A stretch of DNA of 64,000 bases, taken from an uncultured virus (IMG/VR IMGVR_UViG_3300021399_000146) (lineage: Duplodnaviria > Heunggongvirae > Uroviricota > Caudoviricetes). Below, one piece after another: positions 48,587 through 59,106 of this stretch; within the stretch, counting starts at the first letter, position 1; each line of letters begins with the position of its first letter. The position numbers and the translations under genes are program-made. Location: IMG/VR virus record IMGVR_UViG_3300021399_000146; one strand, written 5' to 3'. The notes under the pieces were generated by a model, which was not told the origin of the DNA, did no database searches, and worked only from the letters and a program-made list of their open reading frames with translations.

Positions 48587-49873
48587 ATGAATTATAATGT
48601 ATTCAGAGACATCATTGGTTGTTCGCCTAACAATCATGCTATCATTGGAATATATGATATCGAGGTTGTTCTCGACAATGACAAAGACTACTGTCAGTGG
48701 GATAAAGAGTGGTTTGAAGAGACAAACAAATACAGAATATATATGACAGGCTCAGAGAGGACTATAAACGAACTCCTTTTTGACTTCTATCGCGAGGTCG
48801 GAAGAATATCATTGTACCATAAAACAATCAACTATGTGAAAGCCGATAGATATTATGACAAAAACAGAATAGTGTCACCAAATGACAGATATACTCTTGT
48901 TGAAAATATGACACTTGATGAGTTTGCTGCAGTACAGCTCCAGTATTCAATAAAACCTGCAAATGTTCTTCCACTTGCAACGATAACTACAATGAAGATA
49001 TTATATCCATATAAAGATGATGATACTATTAAAGCGCTTCTTGAGATGCATAATGAAAGTATACTCATAAGAAGAAAATATATGAGTTATATTTTCGAAA
49101 CGAATAAAAAATCAATGAACGTTCCTAAAGTATTGACTGAACTTAATATAGGATTGGATAGACCCAAACTTGTCGGTGACAAAGCAAAGGATGCGGTAAA
49201 GTCGTTGAATGCATGGGCTGAGGAACTTGGCTATACAAATCATGTTGAACAAACAAAGAAACCCATACAGGTAATCATGCAGAAGATGAAGCTGCATGAC
49301 AGAGGTACAGATTTTGAATCAAACATTCGTAGAATAATTCGTTCATATAACGGTGATATTGATATTATCTCAACAGAGCATTTTATCCTCAAACTCAAAA
49401 AGGACGAAACCCCAAATGATAAAATCAGAGAATACTATAATAAATATCACGATATTGTTCATGATTATATTGTGCCGTTGTATGACAAGTATAAGAATGA
49501 ATATAATCCTGATGTAAGATATAAGTATCAGTGTGTCATTGAGAAAATACTTATAGATTTCATTGATGGTATCACTCCATCTGATGAAACGGTTCAAGAA
49601 ATAATCAGAGTGTATGATCATAATAATAACAATTCTAATACAACCATAAATCCTAAAACGGCTGGAATGATGACATGGAAAGAAAGACAGAAAATATTAC
49701 ACCAAGCAATCAATGACGTTGCAGAACGATTCAATATCAAAAATTACGTAATTAAAGATGAATACGGTCTGAATAATAAAATGAATCGTATTGTTGATCT
49801 ATATTGTGTTGATACAACATCTCATAAGATCGATGATATAATTCTTCCTTTCCTTGAAAGAAGCGGTGCTTAA
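48587..49873 (+). CDS. Hypothetical protein (428 aa)
   Basis: AGGAGG SD, long ORF. Confidence 0.8.
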   Translation: MNYNVFRDIIGCSPNNHAIIGIYDIEVVLDNDKDYCQWDKEWFEETNKYRIYMTGSERTINELLFDFYREVGRISLYHKTINYVKADRYYDKNRIVSPNDRYTLVENMTLDEFAAVQLQYSIKPANVLPLATITTMKILYPYKDDDTIKALLEMHNESILIRRKYMSYIFETNKKSMNVPKVLTELNIGLDRPKLVGDKAKDAVKSLNAWAEELGYTNHVEQTKKPIQVIMQKMKLHDRGTDFESNIRRIIRSYNGDIDIISTEHFILKLKKDETPNDKIREYYNKYHDIVHDYIVPLYDKYKNEYNPDVRYKYQCVIEKILIDFIDGITPSDETVQEIIRVYDHNNNNSNTTINPKTAGMMTWKERQKILHQAINDVAERFNIKNYVIKDEYGLNNKMNRIVDLYCVDTTSHKIDDIILPFLERSGA

Positions 49874-49936
49874 TACCGCTTCTTTTTTCTAACCACACTC
49901 AATTAAAATATCCCGATTTCAAAGGAGGACTAAGAT

Positions 49937-50668
49937 ATGACCAATAGAGAAAAAGAAGAAAAACTCGTCGATGATTTAAAAGATCCAGCAGAGAAAGATT
50001 CTTCCAAAATATCAAAGATGATAGATTCATGTCTCAAAAGATGGCATAAGGTATATTGTGCAACAGATTGGCATTTGTGGGTTCGTAAAGAAAAGAACAA
50101 ACCCGAATGTCATAAGTGTAAAAACTTTGAAGACATAATAAAGAAAATAAATGAGACCATGACAAAAGATGACATTCTGATTTATATGGGAGATTTGGTT
50201 GATGGAGAATATCAGGATAAAGATGAACTGAAGAGTATTCTTAAAACAATTCCTGGTAAGAAAATCCTTGTACGCGGAAATAATGATTTATTCACAACAG
50301 CATTCTACAAGTCATGTGGATTTTGTGAAGTAGTAGAATCATTCGTTTGGCACAATGTAATATTTTCCCATATGCCTTGTAAGAACGATAATGACATCAA
50401 TGTGCATGGTCATTTACATGGATACAAAACATATTGGATACCATACTCAAATCAAATCGATGTCGCTGCTTTAGGTGGTAGAGAACATCCCGTAGAACTC
50501 GATGATGTAATAAGTGCACAAAAATCATATTCAAAAACAATTAAAGAAGATCCTTCGCATTTTGAGGAAGGATATTATAATAATCGCATTGGACTGATGA
50601 ATATATTTGAAGAAGCTATGTCTTATGACAATCCTTCATTTATATTTGATCCTTTTCCAGCAGAATAA
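49937..50668 (+). CDS. Calcineurin-like metallophosphoesterase
   Basis: TDWH, MGDL, RGNND, FSHMP and NVHGHLH motifs. Confidence 0.85.
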   Translation: MTNREKEEKLVDDLKDPAEKDSSKISKMIDSCLKRWHKVYCATDWHLWVRKEKNKPECHKCKNFEDIIKKINETMTKDDILIYMGDLVDGEYQDKDELKSILKTIPGKKILVRGNNDLFTTAFYKSCGFCEVVESFVWHNVIFSHMPCKNDNDINVHGHLHGYKTYWIPYSNQIDVAALGGREHPVELDDVISAQKSYSKTIKEDPSHFEEGYYNNRIGLMNIFEEAMSYDNPSFIFDPFPAE

Positions 50669-50744
50669 ACATCATAAGATATGGGGGCTTTATGCCCCCA
50701 TATTATTACATTTTGTCTATGCTGCCGATTATTATTCTTCAATC

Positions 50745-50766
50745 CTACATATATATTATTAATATG
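50745..50766 (+). promoter_or_regulatory. Phage promoter motif (copy 3)
   Basis: CTACATATATATTATTAATATG. Confidence 0.75.
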
Positions 50767-50837
50767 GATAAAAGAATAAGCTTTTGTCCTATAAAACGCA
50801 AGCCACCCAATTATATTGGGGAGAAAGGAGTTAAAGA

Positions 50838-51398
50838 ATGGACAGAATCAAAAAATTTCTTAAGACATTGTCCCCTGAGGCTGTCGAACCTATAAAGGAA
50901 AGATGGCCTGAGTTATGGGACACTCACAATGGTATGTCCATAGAGACCATCCACTATGGGCGTAACGAGGTAAAAATAATTCCTCGTTTCAGAGATATGA
51001 ATCCGGATTTATCTTTCTGGATTGACACGAGCAATATGGGAATTGATTGGAATGATCAGACCGAAAATCCTTTAACGGATCTGGGTATTCCATATGACGG
51101 GCGTATGTTTTGGATGCAGGGTAAATTCTGGGTCGATGAATACGACAATAAGGATTTTAAACCCAAAATCCACAAGTCGGCAAACGCTTACCTCGTGAAA
51201 ATCGAATGGGGTGGACCAAACGATTCTACAAGAGGTGCCGAATGGGATCTGTTGGCACCTCTTGCTTGGCATTCAAAACGTGCTACAAGCAAAAACGGAA
51301 AGATGGGATGCAACTATTATGTATTCTCATCCAGGTTCAAATATGAACCTGTTCCAAATATCGAAGAAACAATAAAGAATCTTAGGGAGGGCTATTGA
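50838..51398 (+). CDS. Hypothetical Trp-rich protein (186 aa)
   Basis: AAAGGAG SD downstream of the promoter motif. Confidence 0.8.
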   Translation: MDRIKKFLKTLSPEAVEPIKERWPELWDTHNGMSIETIHYGRNEVKIIPRFRDMNPDLSFWIDTSNMGIDWNDQTENPLTDLGIPYDGRMFWMQGKFWVDEYDNKDFKPKIHKSANAYLVKIEWGGPNDSTRGAEWDLLAPLAWHSKRATSKNGKMGCNYYVFSSRFKYEPVPNIEETIKNLREGY

Positions 51399-51399
51399 T

Positions 51400-52419
51400 A
51401 TGAGAGATAAAAATAGAACAGATGCAGAGGCTGCTGTATACGCCTCATTTTCAGTAACACTGAATGCAGCAATCGATGCATTCACCACCAAACCAATATA
51501 TGATATAATGGCAGAAGACGTCAATAATGGTTCACCATTACGATTCATCTTTATTAAGGAAACCATCGACTCAACGTTGGAAGAGTTCCTTAATAGGGAT
51601 ATTGAAAAATGGAATAAATACGAGGACATCGTGGATCTCGTAGAAAAGAACAAAAACGAAATCCGCGAGACAGAAGTGGCATTTGGGTTAAGCAAAAAAC
51701 CCATAAACGAAGCATTTGCTGACCTCGTATCAGATATGGTAGTCATACTGATAAAAACACGTAGCAACGTGCATTGTTCGAGCCCTGACTATGTGTCGAT
51801 AAGACTGAGACAAAACGAATACAAGGAACGTCTCGTCAAAGTTGTAAAATCGGCACTGGAAAAAGGATTTGATGCAAAAATCATTGAAGGAATGGTAAAG
51901 GAAATAATCCACTCTGTGAATCTCAGATCCGCAGAGTTTTCCGGAACAGAAATATTCGATGAAATCTGGGTGAACCAGGTTTTCGACAGAATGAATTCTG
52001 TTGAGGAGACTTCAATGAAGATCAATGTCCTGACATCAATCAACGATGTTGTGGGACGAGATAAATTGACTCCCTCTGATATACCTAACTTCTTAGCACT
52101 GATTTCGACGTTAAGGAAGCTGGGACCATCAACTGAATCAGCTGATGATTTCCATGCTGCTGCAGCAATGTTATTGACAATTGCTGGAATAGAACTACCA
52201 AGAAATATATTTGACAAAATAACTACCGTTTGTATTGAATATAAGAAAAATTTCAATACAGGAAAGGATAAATTCTTGGCTGATCTGGATGCTATAGCGG
52301 AGGAGTTCACTCCGTCTAAAAAAGAAATAGAAAAATACGAGTTCATTCACAAGCTTGCTACTGGTGCAAAGCTTGTTGAAAAAGACGGTGATCTCGTGTT
52401 TGATTTACCATCGGACTAA
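51400..52419 (+). CDS. Hypothetical helical protein (339 aa)
   Basis: Coupled to the previous ORF; terminator near 52429. Confidence 0.8.
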   Translation: MRDKNRTDAEAAVYASFSVTLNAAIDAFTTKPIYDIMAEDVNNGSPLRFIFIKETIDSTLEEFLNRDIEKWNKYEDIVDLVEKNKNEIRETEVAFGLSKKPINEAFADLVSDMVVILIKTRSNVHCSSPDYVSIRLRQNEYKERLVKVVKSALEKGFDAKIIEGMVKEIIHSVNLRSAEFSGTEIFDEIWVNQVFDRMNSVEETSMKINVLTSINDVVGRDKLTPSDIPNFLALISTLRKLGPSTESADDFHAAAAMLLTIAGIELPRNIFDKITTVCIEYKKNFNTGKDKFLADLDAIAEEFTPSKKEIEKYEFIHKLATGAKLVEKDGDLVFDLPSD

Positions 52420-52513
52420 TATAAGTAATAAGCCCCCATTTTCGGGGGCTTATTTTTTTTCTTATTTACTATGCTACCAAGATTATTATGCTACTTCCTA
52501 TTATTTTGATTTT

Positions 52514-52535
52514 CTACATATATATTATTACTATG
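52514..52535 (+). promoter_or_regulatory. Phage promoter motif (copy 4)
   Basis: CTACATATATATTATTACTATG. Confidence 0.75.
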
Positions 52536-52560
52536 AAGAAAAAAGAACATAAACCCATTT

Positions 52561-52845
52561 TTGACACCATCATCTTATGATGGAGAAAGCGAGGTAGTTA
52601 TGACTATCAACAGATTATCTATGCCTGAAAACAAAAAAGAGATCCGCGAGGCTAACCGCAAGGCTCTGGCCGAGTACAGCAGAAACATTGATCGATACAA
52701 GGCAGAGGCCGAATACCTTGAATACGTAGTCGAAAGACGCGTATTTGAGGACACAGGCCTAACAGGCGAATACGATCATATTAGAGAAAATGGCACCTGG
52801 GGTGCTGAGGCTGTGGTATATCCCGGCCATAATGAAAGGTGGTAG
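52561..52845 (+). CDS. Small hypothetical protein
   Basis: GAGG SD before the ATG at 52600 (probable start); bidirectional terminator at ~52854-52887. Confidence 0.65.
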   Translation: MTPSSYDGESEVVMTINRLSMPENKKEIREANRKALAEYSRNIDRYKAEAEYLEYVVERRVFEDTGLTGEYDHIRENGTWGAEAVVYPGHNERW

Positions 52846-52895
52846 ATATTATTAAAAATATTGCCGGGGATTCCCCGGCAATATTTTTTTTTTGA

Positions 52896-54311
52896 TTATA
52901 CGGCATATTCATCATCGTCATACATGTCCATTGTGATATGCAGACGTGATTCAAAGACGATATCATATGCACCATCATTAGATCCAAGATCATTGAGAAT
53001 ATTATTAACATTGAATGGATCAATCTGTCCAGCAACATCAGGTGCTTTAGCCAGTAACTTAGTGAGCTCTTCCTTTGCAGCCAACATGAATATTCTATAT
53101 GTATCCTTATTATCAGCGAAGTCCTCATAGATATTCTTCCAAGAGAATTTCTCGGATATTTCTTCGCCAGTTGGTGATAATACTTTATATCCACGACGGT
53201 CACCTTTGATACGACCTTTGTCTTCAAGGAACTTAACAAGAGTCCTCAAATTATCGGCACCATTCTTTCTCTTATCAATAATGATACGAGCGGATAGACC
53301 TGTCTTGGCATTTCCAGATTCATTTGTAGAAACCTTGGTGGGTTCAAAGAGTACCGTATTACCTTCAAAACCATCTGTGGCTTCATGATATCTGGAGTCT
53401 TCTTTGATCTCACCGGTAAGCGTTATTAATGCAGAGGCATTATACTCGACACTTCTACCACCACTGATCTTGACATCCTTATTACCATACTGGAACTGTT
53501 TCTTTGGTCCGGCAAATGCAGCCATAGCAACATTTGCATTCTCATGTGCGATTGTTATGAGAATGATATTTGCTTCTTTGAGCATCGGTAAGATATCATT
53601 AAGAACACCTTTAAGTGTTTTAGCGTTCTGCATACCGTCTGTGTTAGAACGCATTTCCTTCTGCTTATCCCATTCCTTCTTATCACGCATATCATATTCC
53701 TTGGCGATTACATCTGATAATGAATCCAGGAACACGAGTGTTGGTGGCATAAGCATGATGGGACGGTTGTGATCATCTACTTCTAACGTATCCTTTGTTA
53801 ACACATCTTTATATTTCATCTTGTTTTCATATATCTCTGTAATGTATTCCTGAAGAGTATCGTAACCGATAGCACCATTCTTGATAGTGTATCGAGGATA
53901 GTCTTCATCGAACCATGACTCAGGCAGCTTAGTAAGAGTTTTAACTCTCTGAAGAGATAGTCTGTTTTCTGCATCAATGTGTACAACGTTACCACCGAAC
54001 TGATATGCGATGTTTGCAACCATTTGGATACCGAGCGTTGTTTTGAACGACTGGGTTGCTCCTGTCAGTACATTGAATGATCCAGCCTGAAGACCTATAC
54101 ATTCTCTTTGTTTTATGATCTTACCTGATTCATCTCGAACATTCACGATATATCCAAGATAATAGTCTATAACAGATATTCCTGTAGGATAACAATAATC
54201 AACAAGAGTATTCTTTTTGAATACTTTTGATGTTCCTCCTCCTGACAGGACTGTCATGATGTTAAGGTCCTTCAAATCAGCTTCCAGGGCTGATGCTTTC
54301 TTAGTGGCCAA
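52896..54311 (-). CDS. uvsX: RecA/UvsX-like recombinase
   Basis: PTGISVID, Walker A GATQSFKTT, HIDAEN, Walker B VFLDSL, SGGRSVEY. Confidence 0.85.
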   Translation of the reverse strand: MATKKASALEADLKDLNIMTVLSGGGTSKVFKKNTLVDYCYPTGISVIDYYLGYIVNVRDESGKIIKQRECIGLQAGSFNVLTGATQSFKTTLGIQMVANIAYQFGGNVVHIDAENRLSLQRVKTLTKLPESWFDEDYPRYTIKNGAIGYDTLQEYITEIYENKMKYKDVLTKDTLEVDDHNRPIMLMPPTLVFLDSLSDVIAKEYDMRDKKEWDKQKEMRSNTDGMQNAKTLKGVLNDILPMLKEANIILITIAHENANVAMAAFAGPKKQFQYGNKDVKISGGRSVEYNASALITLTGEIKEDSRYHEATDGFEGNTVLFEPTKVSTNESGNAKTGLSARIIIDKRKNGADNLRTLVKFLEDKGRIKGDRRGYKVLSPTGEEISEKFSWKNIYEDFADNKDTYRIFMLAAKEELTKLLAKAPDVAGQIDPFNVNNILNDLGSNDGAYDIVFESRLHITMDMYDDDEYAV

Positions 54312-54346
54312 TTTGCATCTTCCTTTCTTATATGAATTTTGGTAAA

Positions 54347-54961
54347 CTACTGTTCATTGTCAACCAATGGTTTAATTTTGAATTTCTTATGGAGATAATC
54401 GTCAATGCTGACAGATAGAAGCGTGCGTCCGGTTTTATCATAATAAATGAATTCCAACTTGTTTTCAGTTGCACTTCTCAATACAGCATGTTTACATTCA
54501 CCAGCTTGATCATATACAGCATATGCCTTATAAAGTTCGAAATAATCGAGATCGAACTTTGTTCTAACTACCACACCTTTGATTGGAGTATAACACTTAA
54601 GTTTTGCAGATTTAGATAATGCATGATCCTTAAGTTTTGTATACAGCCAATATATTGGCCCATGCTCGAATCCTTGGTCAAAGTCCGAATGGTCATTAAA
54701 GATTATACCATCGGAGATTATGATGTTATGATTGGAAATTGTACCAGTCCATATAGTAATAACTGTACCTTCATCGGATAAACTTGCACCTACGCGTAAC
54801 CCTTCTGATGCTGTTACTGGATATTTATACCATTCAAAATCACTAGTATTGGATTCATAATTCCATCGTCGACCCTCGTTGTTCCAGTCCTCGGTATATT
54901 GTGTCATCCAGCTTGTCATTATTTCACGGACTGTGTCAAATGATATTAATGGTGCGCACAT
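54347..54961 (-). CDS. Hypothetical protein (204 aa)
   Basis: GAGGAGG SD. Confidence 0.75.
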   Translation of the reverse strand: MCAPLISFDTVREIMTSWMTQYTEDWNNEGRRWNYESNTSDFEWYKYPVTASEGLRVGASLSDEGTVITIWTGTISNHNIIISDGIIFNDHSDFDQGFEHGPIYWLYTKLKDHALSKSAKLKCYTPIKGVVVRTKFDLDYFELYKAYAVYDQAGECKHAVLRSATENKLEFIYYDKTGRTLLSVSIDDYLHKKFKIKPLVDNEQ

Positions 54962-54977
54962 ATTAATTTCCTCCTCT

Positions 54978-55322
54978 TTATCTTGATATGTTATAATTAA
55001 CAGCCATTGTTACAATGGCAGAAATAATGAATAACCATAACACACATAATGTCCAGAATAGTAAACGATATTTGATCAACTTCTTTTCTTTAGTAGAAAG
55101 AGTATTAGCATTTTCATTTTCATTTTCGGGATCACGCCATGCTTCAACAGTGGTTCTTACAATGTGTCTTAAATCATAGACTTCCTGTTTGAGATCATCT
55201 ATTGTATTCCCAATATCAAATGTTACTGCAAACAATGCTGCTAAACCAACAACACTACCAAGTGTTATAATGATATATAGAAGCACTTTCCAGAATCCTT
55301 CTAACATAATATCACTCCTCAT
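54978..55322 (-). CDS. Small two-TM membrane protein
   Basis: Two hydrophobic segments flanking a short coiled coil. Confidence 0.7.
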   Translation of the reverse strand: MRSDIMLEGFWKVLLYIIITLGSVVGLAALFAVTFDIGNTIDDLKQEVYDLRHIVRTTVEAWRDPENENENANTLSTKEKKLIKYRLLFWTLCVLWLFIISAIVTMAVNYNISR

Positions 55323-55851
55323 CGAATGTGATCATTTTAGAATGATCAGATAGATCACATATTTTTACATTACCCCTTAGAATGTCCACGAATTTTATAT
55401 CAACATTTTTACTTTGATATGTCATGAAGTTGAGTCTCGGCCACTTCCATGAATCCTCAGCGTCATACCCAGTATATATACCATAAAAGTCATTGATAAT
55501 CCAGTTATCAGGTGTTTTGATGAAATACGCATCACCGATATTGAAATTGTTGTCTATAATATCCGTATCGGCTTTTAATCCACCCATTGTGATATGGTAT
55601 TTATTACCAAGGGTATCAATTCTATCTTTTGGACTCCAGATATGCTGATCATTAAGCTGTATGTCAGCCCAATATAAAATTAAACCTTTAGCAGCAGTCA
55701 TGAATGTCAGTTTATTAGGTTTATATTCTGACAATATACCACATATCTTTTCTTCTTTTGTATGTCCATCATCATCGGTAACGAATTTGTGTAAGATATA
55801 TGCATCTCCTACAACATACATCTTTTCATCAAACTTATATGTCATTATCAT
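55312..55851 (-). CDS. Hypothetical protein with internal duplication (GDAY...L.FMT twice)
   Basis: AAGGAGG SD; two similar half-domains. Confidence 0.7.
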   Translation of the reverse strand: MIMTYKFDEKMYVVGDAYILHKFVTDDDGHTKEEKICGILSEYKPNKLTFMTAAKGLILYWADIQLNDQHIWSPKDRIDTLGNKYHITMGGLKADTDIIDNNFNIGDAYFIKTPDNWIINDFYGIYTGYDAEDSWKWPRLNFMTYQSKNVDIKFVDILRGNVKICDLSDHSKMITFDEE

Positions 55852-56023
55852 TTCCTCCTTTTAAAACATTTCTGTTATGTTCATTATCCAGAATATCAAA
55901 TCCCAATATTTTTCCGTCACCAGTGATCCTCATACCTTCGATGAGATATTCGTGATATTTAAACAATCCTTCTTTCTCCAAAACATCATTCGGGTTTGGA
56001 GTCTCTGTTGATTTTTGATTCAT
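55835..56023 (-). CDS. Small hypothetical protein (62 aa)
   Basis: GGAGGAG SD, overlapping operon arrangement. Confidence 0.5.
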   Translation of the reverse strand: MNQKSTETPNPNDVLEKEGLFKYHEYLIEGMRITGDGKILGFDILDNEHNRNVLKGGNDNDI

Positions 56024-57050
56024 AGTCTTTAATCTCCTCCGTTACATCCATGCCATACTTGTCTTTTACATATTCTATTAATGCAGGTACAGGTTCAACA
56101 ACAATGTTATTTGTAATAGCATCATTGATTTTACCATTTACCTCATCATGTTCAATATGTTCTGACATGATCTGATATTTCACAAACTGATTATTTTTAT
56201 AAGCATTCATGATACCATGATACTCACTGAGTTCACCATTCTTACAATGAATGATAAATCTATGTGGGGATGCTATATCCTTTGATAACCACGATCTCAA
56301 TTCTTCACATGAATTGATATGAACGGTAATGAATTCCATGGCGAATTCATTCGGTACTGTTTCGACTTCAAAGTTATCATTTGCAAAGAAGAATACTCTC
56401 TTTTCATCTTCACCATACTTCCAACGTAACCATGGTCCTGTGTAGTATACTCCATTACCAAAATCAGTATATCCATGATAATGACCGAATACACATAACT
56501 TGGAAATACTTCCCAATTGTTCTGCAGAATGAAGTATCTCATACTGTGTTGATTTACATGGTGATTTTACTTCAGATGATACAGGACCATGGCCAACTAT
56601 CAAGTCATAGTTTTCTTTGAAAGCCTGCGAATAATCTATGCTGCCGCGGTATTCTTGCGGTAAATACAATACAGATGCCCCGTTATGGAGTTTACCTTTA
56701 CATGCAGTCTTTGTATAAAAGATTTCCGTATCAGGGAGTTTCTCAAGTAACGGCATGAACATTTCATACTGTTCATTATCATGAGTATATGTACCATGAA
56801 TGAAATGAACGGGTACATGTTGGATACCATTTCTACCACAGTTGTTCATGACAAGATTAACAAGTATCAGTGATGCAAACTTTATTTCTTCAACATTTAA
56901 TTTGTGATCAAATAGATCACCGACAACAAATATACAATGACATTCTTCTTTATGTTCTTTGATCAAACCCAGGAACTTATCCAAAGATTTCAAAAAGTCT
57001 GAATATGGTAATTTGACTCCCAGATGGAGATCTCCTATAAAAGCATACAT
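55986..57050 (-). CDS. sbcD: SbcD/Mre11-like recombination nuclease subunit
   Basis: IGDLHLG, VGDLFD, GTYTHD, VGHG, FGHYH phosphoesterase motifs and YYTG..R.KYGEDEK tail. Confidence 0.85.
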   Translation of the reverse strand: MYAFIGDLHLGVKLPYSDFLKSLDKFLGLIKEHKEECHCIFVVGDLFDHKLNVEEIKFASLILVNLVMNNCGRNGIQHVPVHFIHGTYTHDNEQYEMFMPLLEKLPDTEIFYTKTACKGKLHNGASVLYLPQEYRGSIDYSQAFKENYDLIVGHGPVSSEVKSPCKSTQYEILHSAEQLGSISKLCVFGHYHGYTDFGNGVYYTGPWLRWKYGEDEKRVFFFANDNFEVETVPNEFAMEFITVHINSCEELRSWLSKDIASPHRFIIHCKNGELSEYHGIMNAYKNNQFVKYQIMSEHIEHDEVNGKINDAITNNIVVEPVPALIEYVKDKYGMDVTEEIKDYESKINRDSKPE

Positions 57051-57055
57051 TCATA

Positions 57056-57781
57056 TCATTCCTTCTTATTTATTTCGGCCATGTCATATAATTCTGACAA
57101 TAAACAGATTGCATAACAATCTTTCATTCCATCAAACATCTCATCTTCTGTTATGTCATGACGAGTGAATATAACAGGATAGTCATGTGGATCTACTCGG
57201 TTTCTCTTAAAGAGGAACCCACATCGAACATCCGATGATACCGGTTCAACCACACTTTCTAATGTATATAATTTTTTGTCTAATATGATATATAATGGAG
57301 TATGTGATTCAGTATAACCTGATATCAATTCACTCAAAAGAGTTAGATCAGCCTCACTCTTATGTTTCGGATACATTTTAGATTTAAGCTCATTCATGTC
57401 ACTTAGAGAATATTCATATATTTTTGATGGTAAGCAATACCTTGTTAAAAATGCTGGTGATATGAATAACTTTCTACCAGACTTTATCCGACCGACATGA
57501 TTTTGAACTGGAACACCTTCACCATCATCACCATATGGATATTCAATTCGTATTGGACCTTCGGGAACTATTTCCAATTCGTTTGTAAACAATTCACAAT
57601 GATAAAATGTAACAGACCCCATCACTACGAATGGTGTTGTTGACGGTTCTAATTTATAACGATATGACTCTGTCAATGTAATAACCGGCGGTTTGAATAT
57701 ACCGTCAACGTATTGCATATCCTCATGAGGACAATAATCCCACATAGGTGGAATCTCATATTGTCTATAATTTTTATCCAT
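57056..57781 (-). CDS. Hypothetical protein (241 aa)
   Basis: AGGAGG SD. Confidence 0.75.
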   Translation of the reverse strand: MDKNYRQYEIPPMWDYCPHEDMQYVDGIFKPPVITLTESYRYKLEPSTTPFVVMGSVTFYHCELFTNELEIVPEGPIRIEYPYGDDGEGVPVQNHVGRIKSGRKLFISPAFLTRYCLPSKIYEYSLSDMNELKSKMYPKHKSEADLTLLSELISGYTESHTPLYIILDKKLYTLESVVEPVSSDVRCGFLFKRNRVDPHDYPVIFTRHDITEDEMFDGMKDCYAICLLSELYDMAEINKKE

Positions 57782-58031
57782 TTATATGTACCTCCTATAT
57801 AACTTGTAACACAACAGAAGATGCTTAGGGTTTGTAGCGTGTGAGATTAATTAAAAATTGTGGTTGGTGGGATTAACCACAATAAACTTCAGAACCTGAA
57901 GTGTTTGGGATATAGATTTCTCCCATAATATCAACTCCTTTCAAGAATATATTTCTTCTGTTGTGTTCAAGTCAATAATATGTGTAAACAAAAGAAAAAA
58001 AAAATACGGGGCATTACGCCCCGTATAAATT

Positions 58032-58583
58032 CTACTTTATCTTTATTTTGTCGCATACTCGACAGAATGTACTTATCATTCTATCAAGTGATAAATAGTC
58101 TGCAACATTCGCAGTTGCATCCGTTGAGAATTTGTCAATGTACTTTATTTTTCTTCTATCGACAATACCCCATTTGAATGTACAGGATGTATCATCGAAT
58201 TCTCTACAGCCTGCCTTCTCAAGCTCTATACACAGAGCTTTCGAATTGTTGATTATAATCCAGAAACTATATGAGTCTCTAATCTCATAATCGATATCAT
58301 AATAAAATTTGTCAAAATGTTTTTCAACAAATTCGATTATGAACTTTACGGCTTTTGGCCATTGTTCATAGTTGTTCTTCATCTTACGCAATGAATCTTC
58401 ATTCACCATGAGTTGACGTAACTTGAAGCAACTATCAACACTACCGGAGTCTTCTGATAAGAGACTAGATAATGTTTTCTCAATCTCTTCGTTACGACTC
58501 TTCTCGTTCGTATCTAAGATCTTTTTAAGTTCCTCCGAGATCTTCGATACCATTGTTTCTGCTTTCATTTCTTTTTCCTCCAT
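58032..58583 (-). CDS. Hypothetical protein (183 aa)
   Basis: ORF with downstream terminator near 58003. Confidence 0.7.
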   Translation of the reverse strand: MEEKEMKAETMVSKISEELKKILDTNEKSRNEEIEKTLSSLLSEDSGSVDSCFKLRQLMVNEDSLRKMKNNYEQWPKAVKFIIEFVEKHFDKFYYDIDYEIRDSYSFWIIINNSKALCIELEKAGCREFDDTSCTFKWGIVDRRKIKYIDKFSTDATANVADYLSLDRMISTFCRVCDKIKIK

Positions 58584-58902
58584 TTTCTTTATTTTTTATT
58601 CTCGATACAGCACTCTGACTGAATCGAAGAATATTTGCAGCATCTCGTTGTGAAAAGTGTTGATTGTCAACGAGATCATTTATAATATCCTTTGTATTTT
58701 TATTTATGTCATACATCAGGATAGTTTCCACATTATTTATATCAGGGACTATCACCGTGTGAAAATAAGATTTCATTACGAAACCTTTTATGTATTCATC
58801 ACGGTGAATTATTTTTCGTTTAAAAAAGTATATTTCGATAATAGAATTCTGATCTTCATCTATCATCGAACATACTCTTTTTGCACATTCCATCAGAGTC
58901 AT
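58525..58902 (-). CDS. Helix-turn-helix DNA-binding protein
   Basis: C-terminal FSQRDAANILRFSQSAVSRIK HTH pattern. Confidence 0.7.
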   Translation of the reverse strand: MTLMECAKRVCSMIDEDQNSIIEIYFFKRKIIHRDEYIKGFVMKSYFHTVIVPDINNVETILMYDINKNTKDIINDLVDNQHFSQRDAANILRFSQSAVSRIKNKENGGKRNESRNNGIEDLGGT

Positions 58903-59106
58903 TGTATCACTCTCCTCTTGATTTTTAGTATCTATATCAATTGATTATTTTTAAAATGAGTGGGGTGTACTATACACCCCGGAAATAAAGCGGGTGATCG
59001 GATTTACCCTATAAATAAAATTATACAGCGCGGGCTTAAAGCCCGCATGTGGAAGTTAAAGAAATGCCCCACACGTATTTTCGGAGAAAGAACATACGTG
59101 TGGGTT

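Noticed and set aside
51327..53772. Longer antisense ORFs (51327..51767, 51789..52346, 53404..53772) and similar ones elsewhere
   Set aside because: They shadow well-supported genes on the opposite strand, lack SD sites and have no motifs.
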